64,000 nucleotides of DNA from an uncultured Bacilli bacterium (GTDB lineage Bacteria > Bacillota_I > Bacilli_A > RF39 > UBA660), in the NCBI GenBank assembly GCA_958413985.1, contig CATYVZ010000003.1:18751-82750 (forward strand), given 5' to 3'. The first letter of the stretch is position 1, and every line of letters starts with the position of its first letter. Positions 10,364 through 20,050 of this stretch are shown here, piece by piece. Both the position numbers and the translations under genes were made by a program. The notes below the pieces were generated by a model. That model was not told the DNA's origin, did not search any database, and worked only from the letters and a program-made list of their open reading frames with translations.

Positions 10364-10921
10364 ATGCCCGAGATGACATTAGAGTGGACTTTGACTGAAG
10401 CAGGAATTAACCCTAAAACAGATTTAACTATCGATACAAGTATTGAATTTGCTGCTATGTCAGGAGCATTTATCGGCGGAAATGGTGATTTTGTTTCATT
10501 ATTCGAACCAAATGCTCTACAACTAGAAAAACAGGGATATGGATATGTCGTTGCTTCCTTAGGTGAATTAGGAGGAGTCGTTCCATATACTTCATATAAT
10601 ACAAAAAAAAGTTATTTAGAAGCTAATCCTGAAATAATTGAAGGATTCACAAGAGCAATTCAAAAAGGTTTAGATTACGTTCATAGTCATACAGCTAGTG
10701 AAATTGCTGATGTCATATTAGACTATTTCCCTGATACTTCAAGAGATGACTTGGAAACAATTATCCAAAGATATAAAGATATTGATTCATGGTTTACAAC
10801 AACTTACATAACCGAAGAAAACTTTAATCATATTCAAGAAATTGCTGAAAATGCTGGACAATTAGATACTCGTGCACCATACGATAAACTAGTCGATAAT
10901 ACATACTCAAAAAATGAATGA
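10364..10921 (+). pseudogene. C-terminal fragment of the interrupted NMT1/SsuA-like substrate-binding protein gene
   Basis: 185-aa ORF beginning MPEMTLEW. It is in frame with the 6054-6477 fragment through the GGTGGAA junction. The joined protein would be ~328 aa, typical for SsuA/TauA-type SBPs. Confidence 0.7.
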
Positions 10922-11657
10922 ATTATTAAAAATTAAAGATTTAAGTAAAAATTATCACACTAAAAACACAGAAACTTTAGCTGTTGATAATTTTTCGTTT
11001 GATTTAATAAACGGTGAATTTGTCGCGATTGTTGGACCAAGTGGATGTGGTAAAAGCACAATTTTAAATATTTTAGCAGGTTTAGATACTAAATCTGGTG
11101 GTGAAATTATTTTAAATAAAGATACGAAAATGGGATATATGTTACAACAAGACGCTTTATTTAATTGGAAAACTGTTTTAGATAATTGTCTATTAGGTCT
11201 AGAAATAAATAAAGATTTAAATAAACAATCAAAACAATATGTTTTAGATCTTTTAAACACATATGGTCTTAAAGATTTTATAGACAATTATCCTAACACT
11301 CTATCAGGAGGAATGCGTCAAAGAGTTGCTTTAATTAGAACCTTAGCGACTAAACCAGATCTATTACTCATGGATGAACCCTTTTCCGCTCTTGACTATC
11401 AAACGAGATTATCGGTCTCTGACGATGTCTATCAGATAATTAAAAATGAAAAAAAATCAGCAATTATGGTTACTCATGATATAGCTGAAGCCATCAGTAT
11501 GGCTGATAAAATTATTATTTTATCTAAACGTCCTAGCAAGATTAAAAAAATAATCGACATTAAACTAACTGATAAAAGTACACCAATTAATAATCGGAAA
11601 ACTAAGGAATTTTCATACTATTATGATCTAATATGGAAAGAGATCGATCATGTATAG
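10914..11657 (+). CDS. ABC transporter ATP-binding protein (sulfonate/nitrate/taurine SsuB/TauB-like)
   Basis: Walker A GPSGCGKST, signature LSGGMRQRV, Walker B LLLMDEPFSALD. Overlaps the upstream gene by 8 nt. Confidence 0.85.
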   Translation: MNELLKIKDLSKNYHTKNTETLAVDNFSFDLINGEFVAIVGPSGCGKSTILNILAGLDTKSGGEIILNKDTKMGYMLQQDALFNWKTVLDNCLLGLEINKDLNKQSKQYVLDLLNTYGLKDFIDNYPNTLSGGMRQRVALIRTLATKPDLLLMDEPFSALDYQTRLSVSDDVYQIIKNEKKSAIMVTHDIAEAISMADKIIILSKRPSKIKKIIDIKLTDKSTPINNRKTKEFSYYYDLIWKEIDHV

Positions 11658-12438
11658 TTTAGAACATAAGAATTATTTAAAAAAAATAAAATTAAAAAAT
11701 TTCTTTGTCAAATTAACACAAATTTTGATTTTAATAGTATTTCTAATTGTTTGGCAACTGTTATCTGATTATAAAATAATCAATTCTTTTATCTTTTCCT
11801 CACCACTTAAAGTTTTAAATACCATTATCAATCTCCATACGACAGGTGACCTATATAATCATATTCTAATAACAGTTTGGGAAACCTTTATAAGTTTCAT
11901 TTTAGGAACGATAATCGGAATATTAATCGCTAGTATTATGTGGTGGAATAAATTTTTAGCTAAAGTTATCGATCCATATCTAACCGTTTTAAATAGCTTA
12001 CCCAAAGTAGCTCTAGGACCAATCTTAATTATTTGGGTCGGAGCTGGAATGCAATCGATTATTGTCATGGCTTTATTAATTTCAACCATCATTACTATTA
12101 TTAATGTTTATCAAGGATTCATTAATATCGATCCAATTAAAATTAAACTTATGCAAACATTTAAGGCTACTAAAAAACAAATCTACTTTAAATTGATTCT
12201 ACCAGGGACTTTATCCAATATTATTAGTTGCTTTAAAGTAAACATAAGTATGTCTTTAATTGGCGTCATTATGGGAGAATTCTTAGTTTCTAAGGAAGGC
12301 ATCGGTTATTTAATCATGTATGGTTCACAAGTCTTTAATCTTGATTTAGTCATAACTGGAACAATAATTTTATGTATTGTAGCCGCGATTATGTATAGTT
12401 TAGTTCTTTATATCGAAAAAAAATTAATAAAAAATTAA
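11650..12438 (+). CDS. ABC transporter permease (SsuC/TauC-like, BPD-transporter fold)
   Basis: 262 aa with 6 predicted TM segments. Overlaps the ATPase gene, operon-style. Confidence 0.75.
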   Translation: MYSLEHKNYLKKIKLKNFFVKLTQILILIVFLIVWQLLSDYKIINSFIFSSPLKVLNTIINLHTTGDLYNHILITVWETFISFILGTIIGILIASIMWWNKFLAKVIDPYLTVLNSLPKVALGPILIIWVGAGMQSIIVMALLISTIITIINVYQGFINIDPIKIKLMQTFKATKKQIYFKLILPGTLSNIISCFKVNISMSLIGVIMGEFLVSKEGIGYLIMYGSQVFNLDLVITGTIILCIVAAIMYSLVLYIEKKLIKN

Positions 12439-12463
12439 AAGAGAAAACAATTTTCTCTTTTAA

Positions 12464-12970
12464 TTATATACCTTCAAATTCTATCATTTTTAAAAGTTTT
12501 TCTATATCTTCTTTTGGTAAATTGTCATTACTATCTAACAACTTTTCTAAAAAATTCTTAGTATTTTGACTTTGTGGAAGCATAAAACCAGCTTCACGAT
12601 ATAAATCTTCGGCTATTAATCGATTAGCTCGAACAAGTGCTTTAGCAAATTGTTTTTCTATATCATTGTCAGTATTGTTATAAATATAACTAGCAATTTG
12701 TTCTTGTTCTACTTTATTTTTAATTAACCTATTTAATTTTTCAATAACCAATTCATCTTTTTCCTGTTGTTTAGGATACTGATATGGGACCATCGAAATT
12801 GCTCCAGATGGACAGGCTTTACTGCAAGCACCACAACCAATACATTTAGAAAAATCTATTTGACCTGTTTCTGTATCAGTCGCTCCAGTTGGACAAACAT
12901 AAAGACATAGACAATCTTTACTGCAAATGCGTAAATTTCTTACAGCTCTTATTTTACTCATTTTAAGCAC
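12464..12970 (-). CDS. 4Fe-4S ferredoxin-domain protein
   Basis: Two Cys clusters, including canonical [12 protein letters not shown]. Confidence 0.6.
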   Translation of the reverse strand: MLKMSKIRAVRNLRICSKDCLCLYVCPTGATDTETGQIDFSKCIGCGACSKACPSGAISMVPYQYPKQQEKDELVIEKLNRLIKNKVEQEQIASYIYNNTDNDIEKQFAKALVRANRLIAEDLYREAGFMLPQSQNTKNFLEKLLDSNDNLPKEDIEKLLKMIEFEGI

Positions 12971-13598
12971 CTCTTTTCACTTCTAGTAATTTAAAACTAG
13001 GAACTTTACATACTGGGCAAATTTCTGGTTTTTCATCACCAACATAAATAAATCCACATATATCACATACGTATACCTTTGTATTTTTTATAAAATCTTT
13101 ATCATCTTGGTATTGATCTAACAAAGATTTTAAAATCATTGTCACTTTTTCACCCCAAGTAATAACACGAAGCGCACCACGGTCTTTTTTCTCATCTGCA
13201 ATAGTGCGAGCTTTACGATAATTAGTTTCTAAATCTTCATTAATTTTAGAAATCAAATCATTAAAATCAGCAGCTTTTTTTAATTTTGCTTTTTCGTTAT
13301 AATAATTAGCCAATTTAGTAAATAGTTTAGCTTCTTCTTCCAAATATTGTTTTTCACAACCACGAGCTAAACTACTACATAAAGCACTTATTTCACCATA
13401 ACTCATCTCTCTTAAATCCTCATTAATTGGTTCAGGACTTTCCTCGATAATTATTTCAGTAGCCTCTGCTTTGAATAAATTTTTAGGAGCACCACACCAA
13501 GGACATTTCCAATCATCTGGTAGATCTTCAAATTTTATTCCTTCTTTTTCTTCGTCGTAAACATAGCCACATATAGAGCAAACATACTTCTTCATCAT
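12963..13598 (-). CDS. Protein with rubredoxin-like Cys4 domains at both termini
   Basis: N-terminal CSICGYVY...CPWCGAP and C-terminal CDICGFIY...CPVCKVP rubredoxin-type CxxC pairs. The middle lacks the ExxH diiron motifs of rubrerythrin. Confidence 0.55.
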   Translation of the reverse strand: MMKKYVCSICGYVYDEEKEGIKFEDLPDDWKCPWCGAPKNLFKAEATEIIIEESPEPINEDLREMSYGEISALCSSLARGCEKQYLEEEAKLFTKLANYYNEKAKLKKAADFNDLISKINEDLETNYRKARTIADEKKDRGALRVITWGEKVTMILKSLLDQYQDDKDFIKNTKVYVCDICGFIYVGDEKPEICPVCKVPSFKLLEVKRGA

Positions 13599-13699
13599 AA
13601 TACCTTCCCTTCTATTAAAATTATAGCATAAATATAAAATATTATTTCAAAAATTTACATATTTCATTTTTTCAAAACCATAATATAGTTGGTGAAATT

Positions 13700-14650
13700 A
13701 TGATTATCAGATTAGGTTATGTATCTATTTCCAAAACCTTAGATTTAACTTGTTCAAAGACAATTACCTATACTAATTTTAAAAAAAAGAGCGATTTTGA
13801 TAAAATTGATGAAATAATTTTAGAAAATTTAAATAATTTAGAAAAAATTATCGATTATAATATTAAAAACAATATTCATTTTTATCGCTTGACATCTAAG
13901 TTGATTCCATTGGCCACTAAAGAAGATGTAGATTTTGATTATATTTTAAAATACCAAAAACAATATCGCAAAATTGGCTCTAAAATAAACGAACATGAAA
14001 TACGAGTCGATGTACATCCTGATCAATTTTGTGTTTTAAATAGTACTAAAAAAGAAGTTTTAGAAAACACTTTCAAAATTTTAGAATATCATTATAAGAT
14101 TTTAGAGGCACTAAATATCAAAAATAAAATTATCATATTACATGTTGGGAGCAGTGTCTTTGGCAAAGAAAATAGTATCAAACGATTTATCAACAATTTT
14201 TATAAATTACCTATTCATATTCAAAAATGTATAGCTGTGGAAAATGACGATAAAATTTATAATGTTGCTGATTGTTTATATTTATGTCGTAAACTAAACA
14301 TTCCTTTTGTTTTGGATTATCATCATCACATCTGTAATAATGGTGGTTTAAATATCGATGATTACCTAAAAGATATTTTTAATACTTGGAATTATACTCC
14401 CAAAATTCATTTTTCATCGCCAAAAAACAAAACTAAAAAAGATATGCGATCACATCACGATTATATTGATATTAATGAATTTATTGATTTTCTAAATAAA
14501 ATAAAACATCTTAATATTAATTTAGATATTATGTTAGAAGCTAAAGCAAAAGATGAGGCCTTATTTAAATTAGTGAGACTATTAAAATATCATAATTATC
14601 GATTTATCGATGATACCACTTTCATCATCGAAAATAACTTTAATAATTAA
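13700..14650 (+). CDS. uvsE: UV DNA damage endonuclease (UVDE)
   Basis: 316 aa with UvsE blocks: IHVGS, AVENDDKIYNV, PFVLDYHHH, HFSSPK...RSHHDYID, MLEAKAKD. Confidence 0.85.
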   Translation: MIIRLGYVSISKTLDLTCSKTITYTNFKKKSDFDKIDEIILENLNNLEKIIDYNIKNNIHFYRLTSKLIPLATKEDVDFDYILKYQKQYRKIGSKINEHEIRVDVHPDQFCVLNSTKKEVLENTFKILEYHYKILEALNIKNKIIILHVGSSVFGKENSIKRFINNFYKLPIHIQKCIAVENDDKIYNVADCLYLCRKLNIPFVLDYHHHICNNGGLNIDDYLKDIFNTWNYTPKIHFSSPKNKTKKDMRSHHDYIDINEFIDFLNKIKHLNINLDIMLEAKAKDEALFKLVRLLKYHNYRFIDDTTFIIENNFNN

Positions 14651-14690
14651 TATCAAATAACAGAAAAAAAACAGAAAAATTAATTTCTGT

Positions 14691-17252
14691 TTAAACCCCA
14701 CCAATAATTCCTTTTTTCCTTAAGTATATTTTCCTTAAAAAGTCGACCGGTACAACCGTAAAACTTAATAAAAACATTATTTGAAATTCAATGAAAGTAA
14801 GACCAGATGTTCTAAATAATTCTCCCCCAAAATAAATTAATAAAACTTGAACAATAAATATAAAACTAATAATTAAAATAAATGCTTTGTTTCCCCCTAA
14901 ATGAGACAATAAATTTAAACGATGAGTTCTAGCATTAAAACTATTAAAGATACTAATAAAAATGAACAATCCGAAAAATGCCGTTAAAATATATTGCTCA
15001 CCGCTTCTAAATAGCTGATGAAAAATAGGTAATTTTAAAAACAAAATACAAATCAAAGTTGAATAAATACCAGTAAAAAGAATCTCATCTTTCATATATT
15101 GATTAATGATTGGTTCATCTCTTTTTTTAGGCTTTTCTTCCATATATTCTTTTAATGGCGCTTCAAAAGAAAATGCCAAGGCAGCTAAAGTATCCATAAC
15201 CATATTTATCCACAGCATTTGAATAACAGTAACTGGTGTATCCACGCCAATAAATGGTCCTATTATCGATAAACTTACTGCACATATATTAACCGTTAAT
15301 TGAAAAATAATAAATTTACGAATACTTTTAAAAATTGTTCTACCAAATAAAATTGCTTTAGCAATCGATAAAAAATTATTATCTAAAATTACAATCTCAC
15401 TAGCCTCTTTTGCCACTTCTGTTCCCGAACCAAAAGCAAACCCAACATCAGCTCGTTTTAAGGCCGGAGCATCATTAACGCCATCACCTGTCATTCCCAC
15501 CACCAAATCTAATTCTTGACTAATTCTAACTAATCGACTTTTATCCTGAGGAATTGCTCTTGCAACAACTCTTAATTTTGGTAAAACTTCTTTTAATTTT
15601 TCATCTGACATATCCTTCATTTCATCACTAGTTAAAATTAAATCCCCTTCTTGATATAGACCCACTTCTTTGGCAATCGCTAAGGCGGTTAATTTATTAT
15701 CACCAGTCACCATAACTGTTTGAATCGAAGCTTTCTTAACTAATTCTATACCTTCAAAAGCTTCTTTTCTAATCTCATCCTTAATTAATACAAAACCAAC
15801 CAAAGTTAAATTTTTAGAATTCTCTTTTGCGGAAGCAAAAGCAATAATTCGATTGCCATCTTTAGTTAATCTTTTTAAGTTTTCTTCGATAATTATTTTT
15901 TTTCTTAAAAACTTTTTATTACCTTCATTATCAAAATAAAACTCACATTGCTTTAAAACAACCTCAGGAGCACCTTTAATTAAATAAATATTTTCATTTT
16001 TATACTTTATTGTCGTCGAAGAATATTTATTTTTACTATCAAATGGAACAGTATCGATAATATCATACTGATTTTTTTCTTGAATATTTGTAAATTTTAA
16101 AATAGCTCTATCGGTTATATTACCACCAATTATTTGTCCTTTATCGTAACTACTAGCATTATTATAAGCTAAAGATATTAAAGCTATCTCTTTTAAATTC
16201 CCCGTTATTTTATCGAATGAATCATATTTCTTTAAATCACTATCTAAAAAATGAGTGACTTCTAAATTTCCCTTCGTAATTGTCCCTGTTTTATCACTAA
16301 ATAAAATATTAATACTTCCAGCAGTTTCTATTCCGGTTAGTTTTCTAACTAGAACATTACTTTTAAGCATTCTTTTAACATTAGAAGATAAAACTAAAGT
16401 AATCATCATTGGCAAGCCTTCAGGAACTGCAACTACGATCACAGTCACACATAAAGTTAACGCATATAAAATATGACCACTAATTAAAGGTAAATTAGTG
16501 ACTGTTTCTTTAATTAAATTTAGATCAAAATTATTTTTAATAAAAATAACTGAAAACAAATAGGAAACAAAAACTAAAAATGCTCCAATATAACCAATTT
16601 TACTAATTATTTGCGCTAAATGGCGAAGTCTTAACTTAAGTGGACTTTCCGGTTGCTCTTGTTGTAACTCTTTAGAAATGGCTCCATAAAATGTGTTGTC
16701 GCCAACTTTAGTAACAATCATAGTCGCCTGTTTAGAATAGACGATCGTCCCTCTAAAAACTACTTTATTTTCAATATTCTTGTATATTTCTTTTGTTTCG
16801 CCAGTCAAACTAGATTCATCGACACTTATCTCACCTTCGATAATCTCTCCATCAGCAGGTATTCTATCGCCAGATTCCAATAACACAATATCACCGACGA
16901 CCACTTCGTCAATATTAATTTCGATGATTTTATTATTTCTTTTAACGCGACATTTAATTTTAGAGGATTCCTCTTGTAATTTTTCGAAAGCTTTCTCACT
17001 GCCATATTCACTAATAGTCGAAATAAAAGAAGCTAAAAATATGGCAATAACTATCCCAACTGTTTCATACCAATCGAAACTTTTAATTAAAAATACTGTT
17101 TTAATGCCTAAAGCTATCAATAAAATTCTAATAATTGGGTCACCTAAAGTAGAAATATATTGTTTTAAAAAACTATTTTTCTTACTTGAATTTATAACGT
17201 TAGAGCCAAATTTTTTTCTTGATTCGATCACTTCATTATCTGTTAGCCCCAT
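14691..17252 (-). CDS. Cation-transporting P-type ATPase (Ca2+-ATPase-like, P2 type)
   Basis: 853 aa with SDKTGTIT phosphorylation motif, TGDN, GDGVNDAPALKRADVGFA hinge and ~10 TM segments. Confidence 0.85.
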   Translation of the reverse strand: MGLTDNEVIESRKKFGSNVINSSKKNSFLKQYISTLGDPIIRILLIALGIKTVFLIKSFDWYETVGIVIAIFLASFISTISEYGSEKAFEKLQEESSKIKCRVKRNNKIIEINIDEVVVGDIVLLESGDRIPADGEIIEGEISVDESSLTGETKEIYKNIENKVVFRGTIVYSKQATMIVTKVGDNTFYGAISKELQQEQPESPLKLRLRHLAQIISKIGYIGAFLVFVSYLFSVIFIKNNFDLNLIKETVTNLPLISGHILYALTLCVTVIVVAVPEGLPMMITLVLSSNVKRMLKSNVLVRKLTGIETAGSINILFSDKTGTITKGNLEVTHFLDSDLKKYDSFDKITGNLKEIALISLAYNNASSYDKGQIIGGNITDRAILKFTNIQEKNQYDIIDTVPFDSKNKYSSTTIKYKNENIYLIKGAPEVVLKQCEFYFDNEGNKKFLRKKIIIEENLKRLTKDGNRIIAFASAKENSKNLTLVGFVLIKDEIRKEAFEGIELVKKASIQTVMVTGDNKLTALAIAKEVGLYQEGDLILTSDEMKDMSDEKLKEVLPKLRVVARAIPQDKSRLVRISQELDLVVGMTGDGVNDAPALKRADVGFAFGSGTEVAKEASEIVILDNNFLSIAKAILFGRTIFKSIRKFIIFQLTVNICAVSLSIIGPFIGVDTPVTVIQMLWINMVMDTLAALAFSFEAPLKEYMEEKPKKRDEPIINQYMKDEILFTGIYSTLICILFLKLPIFHQLFRSGEQYILTAFFGLFIFISIFNSFNARTHRLNLLSHLGGNKAFILIISFIFIVQVLLIYFGGELFRTSGLTFIEFQIMFLLSFTVVPVDFLRKIYLRKKGIIGGV

Positions 17253-17435
17253 AAATATTCCTCCTCTAATAAAAACTATTAAAGGAACAATTTTATATTA
17301 ACAATTTCAATCGACAAAAATTTATTTTATGACAATATCTTAAAATAAATTTTTAAATTGACATTTAATTTTTTATATAAAAAATATATTAAATTTACAA
17401 AAATTATCCATAATAATTAAAAAGTAGGTGAATTT

Positions 17436-18893
17436 ATGGATCGTGAAATAGATAAAATAGTGGCTCATATCAAAGATATGAATGGCAACAGTTCCGATAT
17501 TAATGTTAGATACTTTGATATCCATAATAAAAAAGTAGCTTTCATGTTTCTTGAAAGTGTCTCTAGTGACGACAAAATTAGTGATTTTTTAGGAAAAAGC
17601 TTAAGTATAAGTGTAAGAAGTAAAAAAAATCTATTTGAGAATTTATTTGAAAGTATCAATAATACAATTCCAAACAGTAAAGTAAAAATAATCGATAAAT
17701 ATGACGACATCTTCTATCATTTAGCTAGTGGTTTTACTTGCGTTTTTGTCGATGGCTATAACAGAGCTATGGCTTTGGAAACTAAAGGTTCTTTAGATAG
17801 AAGCATCACCGATGCCTCTAGTGAACCCTCTTTAAAAGGTCCTAAAGACTGTTTTATAGAAAATATTTTAACTAATATGGGTTTGATTAGAAAGCGAATT
17901 AAAGATCCTAATCTTTATTTTGAAGAAACTAAAGTTGGTAGAAGAACAAAAACAAAAGTAGTAATTGGCTATATAAAAGATATTGTCGACGAAGAAAAAG
18001 TCGATTTATTAAAGAAAAAACTAGAAAAAATTGATATCGATGGAATTATCGATTCCAATTATATAACTGAATTATTAACCGATAATCAAAAGTCATTCTT
18101 ACCACGAATAGTATCGACAGAACGTCCCGATTTAACTTCCATGGGCTTATTAAGTGGGAAAATAGTAATCATTGTCGAAAATACACCATATGTCTTACTA
18201 TTGCCAACAGTTTTTGCCGATTTTTTCAAATCACCAGAAGATTATTATACGAAACCTTTTAATGCTTCTTTTACTAGAGTTTTAAGATATATAGCCTTCT
18301 TTATCGCTATTTTAGTTCCTGCTTTTTATATTGCTGTAACTACTTTTAATATGGAAATCATTCCTAGTTCCTTGTTGATTTCATTTTCAATTCAAAGGGA
18401 AAGTGTTCCTTTTCCCACTATAATAGAAGTCTTAATTTTAGTAATTGCTTATGAAATACTGCGAGAAGCAGATACTAGAAAACCTCAAATCATGGGTGCT
18501 TCTATCAGTATTGTCGGTGCTTTAATATTAGGAGAAGCAGCTGTTTCAGCAGGTATTATTTCACCGATCGTCGTCATTGTTATTTCAATTTCAGCAGTAG
18601 CAGGAATGGGATTTAACGATCCTAACATTACCAATGCTATTAGAAGTTGGCGAATATTATTTATGCTAGCAGCATGTCTATTTGGAATTGTTGGAATTGT
18701 CGTTTTATTTATTATCTTTATAACTAAATTAAACAATATCGAAGTATTAGGTACACCTTATCTAGCCCCTTTATCACCATTTAGTTTTAAAGATTTAAAA
18801 AATTCTTTAATCAGATCACCACAGAAAAAAATAAAAAATAGACCAACTTATTTCAACAAGAAAAACATTAATAGAATAGGAAGTGACAAATGA
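17436..18893 (+). CDS. Spore germination protein, GerA (A-subunit) family
   Basis: 485 aa. Soluble N-terminal domain plus a C-terminal multi-TM region typical of GerAA/GerKA. First gene of a three-gene overlapping operon. Confidence 0.8.
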   Translation: MDREIDKIVAHIKDMNGNSSDINVRYFDIHNKKVAFMFLESVSSDDKISDFLGKSLSISVRSKKNLFENLFESINNTIPNSKVKIIDKYDDIFYHLASGFTCVFVDGYNRAMALETKGSLDRSITDASSEPSLKGPKDCFIENILTNMGLIRKRIKDPNLYFEETKVGRRTKTKVVIGYIKDIVDEEKVDLLKKKLEKIDIDGIIDSNYITELLTDNQKSFLPRIVSTERPDLTSMGLLSGKIVIIVENTPYVLLLPTVFADFFKSPEDYYTKPFNASFTRVLRYIAFFIAILVPAFYIAVTTFNMEIIPSSLLISFSIQRESVPFPTIIEVLILVIAYEILREADTRKPQIMGASISIVGALILGEAAVSAGIISPIVVIVISISAVAGMGFNDPNITNAIRSWRILFMLAACLFGIVGIVVLFIIFITKLNNIEVLGTPYLAPLSPFSFKDLKNSLIRSPQKKIKNRPTYFNKKNINRIGSDK

Positions 18894-20050
18894 AAAAACT
18901 ACTAATTATTCCTTTGATTTTACTGTTAACGGGATGTTGGAATTATCGAGAACTCAATCAATTAGCGATAACCACAGGTATTGCAATCGATAAAGAAGAT
19001 AATATCTACAAAGTTACTATCATGATCGCTAATTCAAAAAAAGATACTGGTTCTGATGGCAGTATAACACCATCAGCTGCTGTATACGATGGAACAGGCA
19101 AAACAATCTATGAAGCTTTTAAAGATACCTCATTAAGTGTTTCTAAACAAATATATCTAAGTCATATTGACGTTTTAGTCTTATCTGAGGAAATCGCCAG
19201 TAATAATTTAACTGATGTTATCGATTTTTTATTTCGTTATCCACAAACTAGAAACAATTTTTATTTAGTATTAGCTAAAGAACAAACAGCTAGTGAAATA
19301 TTAAAAGTTACTACTCCTTTAGAGACCTTTCCATCACAAAATTTAGCTAAAAATCTAGAAATAACCAATAAATTACAAGGGTTTACTTATACCGTAGATT
19401 TCACTGAATTCACTAAATCTCTTGTATCAAAGGGAATAAATCCTGTCTTACCATCGGTTACTGTTATCGGAGATAGCGAAGAAGGAAATAAGGAAGATAA
19501 TATCAAACAAAACGAACCTACAACTTATTTAAAATTAGATATGCTTGGGATATTTAAAAATGATAAATTTGTCGCTTGGGCTGATCCAGATGAAAGCAAA
19601 GGAATTAACATAATTAATAATAAAATATATATTCTAGGTGTCATTATCGATTATCAAGACGAAAAAATTGTAACTGAAATAACTGAAATGGAAACAAGTT
19701 TTGAGGTAAAAGATAATAAAGTAAAAATCACCATTGATACTGAAGGAGCAATTCAAGAAATAAATGCCAAATTAGATTTATATGATACTAAAGTTATCGA
19801 AGAACTCAAAAATAGTAATATTGAAAAAATTAAGGAATATGTCAATAAAGCAATAGATTTAGCGAAAAATAACAAAACTGATATTTTTGGATTTGGTAAT
19901 TATGTTTACAAAAACGACCCAAAAAAATGGCAAGAAGTTAAAGACAAATGGGATGATGAAGTATTTCCTAATTTAGAAATCGAAATTGAAGTGAATTTAA
20001 ACTTACAATCTAAAGGTTCAATTAATAATGTATTCGAGGTGAAAGAATGA
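18890..20050 (+). CDS. Spore germination lipoprotein, GerAC (C-subunit) family
   Basis: Lipoprotein signal LLLTGCWNYRELN, which is the Ger(x)C N-terminal consensus. Overlaps its neighbours by 4 nt. Confidence 0.8.
   Translation: MKKLLIIPLILLLTGCWNYRELNQLAITTGIAIDKEDNIYKVTIMIANSKKDTGSDGSITPSAAVYDGTGKTIYEAFKDTSLSVSKQIYLSHIDVLVLSEEIASNNLTDVIDFLFRYPQTRNNFYLVLAKEQTASEILKVTTPLETFPSQNLAKNLEITNKLQGFTYTVDFTEFTKSLVSKGINPVLPSVTVIGDSEEGNKEDNIKQNEPTTYLKLDMLGIFKNDKFVAWADPDESKGINIINNKIYILGVIIDYQDEKIVTEITEMETSFEVKDNKVKITIDTEGAIQEINAKLDLYDTKVIEELKNSNIEKIKEYVNKAIDLAKNNKTDIFGFGNYVYKNDPKKWQEVKDKWDDEVFPNLEIEIEVNLNLQSKGSINNVFEVKE

Larger units (their letters stand above)
6478..10364. mobile_element. ~3.9 kb integrated element (serine recombinase + HipA-like kinase + nuclease) inserted in the ssuA-like gene
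   Basis: The host gene is split between 6477 and 10365 and re-joins in frame (IIGG|MPEM). GGTGGAA is present at both junctions (6471-6477 and 10358-10364). Imperfect terminal inverted repeats: ATCGGTCATCGGACGATAAACTTATAAT (6480-6507) versus the reverse complement of 10336-10357, ATCGGCATTAAAACTTATGA. The recombinase gene lies at the right end. Confidence 0.75.

Noticed and set aside
10364-10921. C-terminal SBP fragment considered as an independent intact gene
   Set aside because: It lacks a signal peptide and the N-terminal lobe of the SBP fold, and it starts exactly where the N-fragment breaks off. It is the 3' half of the interrupted gene, although it may still be translated from its in-frame ATG.
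17253-17435. Possible forespore (sigma-G-like, CATAATA -10 at ~17409-17415) promoter upstream of the ger operon, and a sigma-K-like promoter upstream of the CotZ-like gene (25405-25552)
   Set aside because: In DNA this AT-rich, matches to short degenerate -10 and -35 consensus sequences are expected by chance, and spacing could not be made canonical. Not reported as features.
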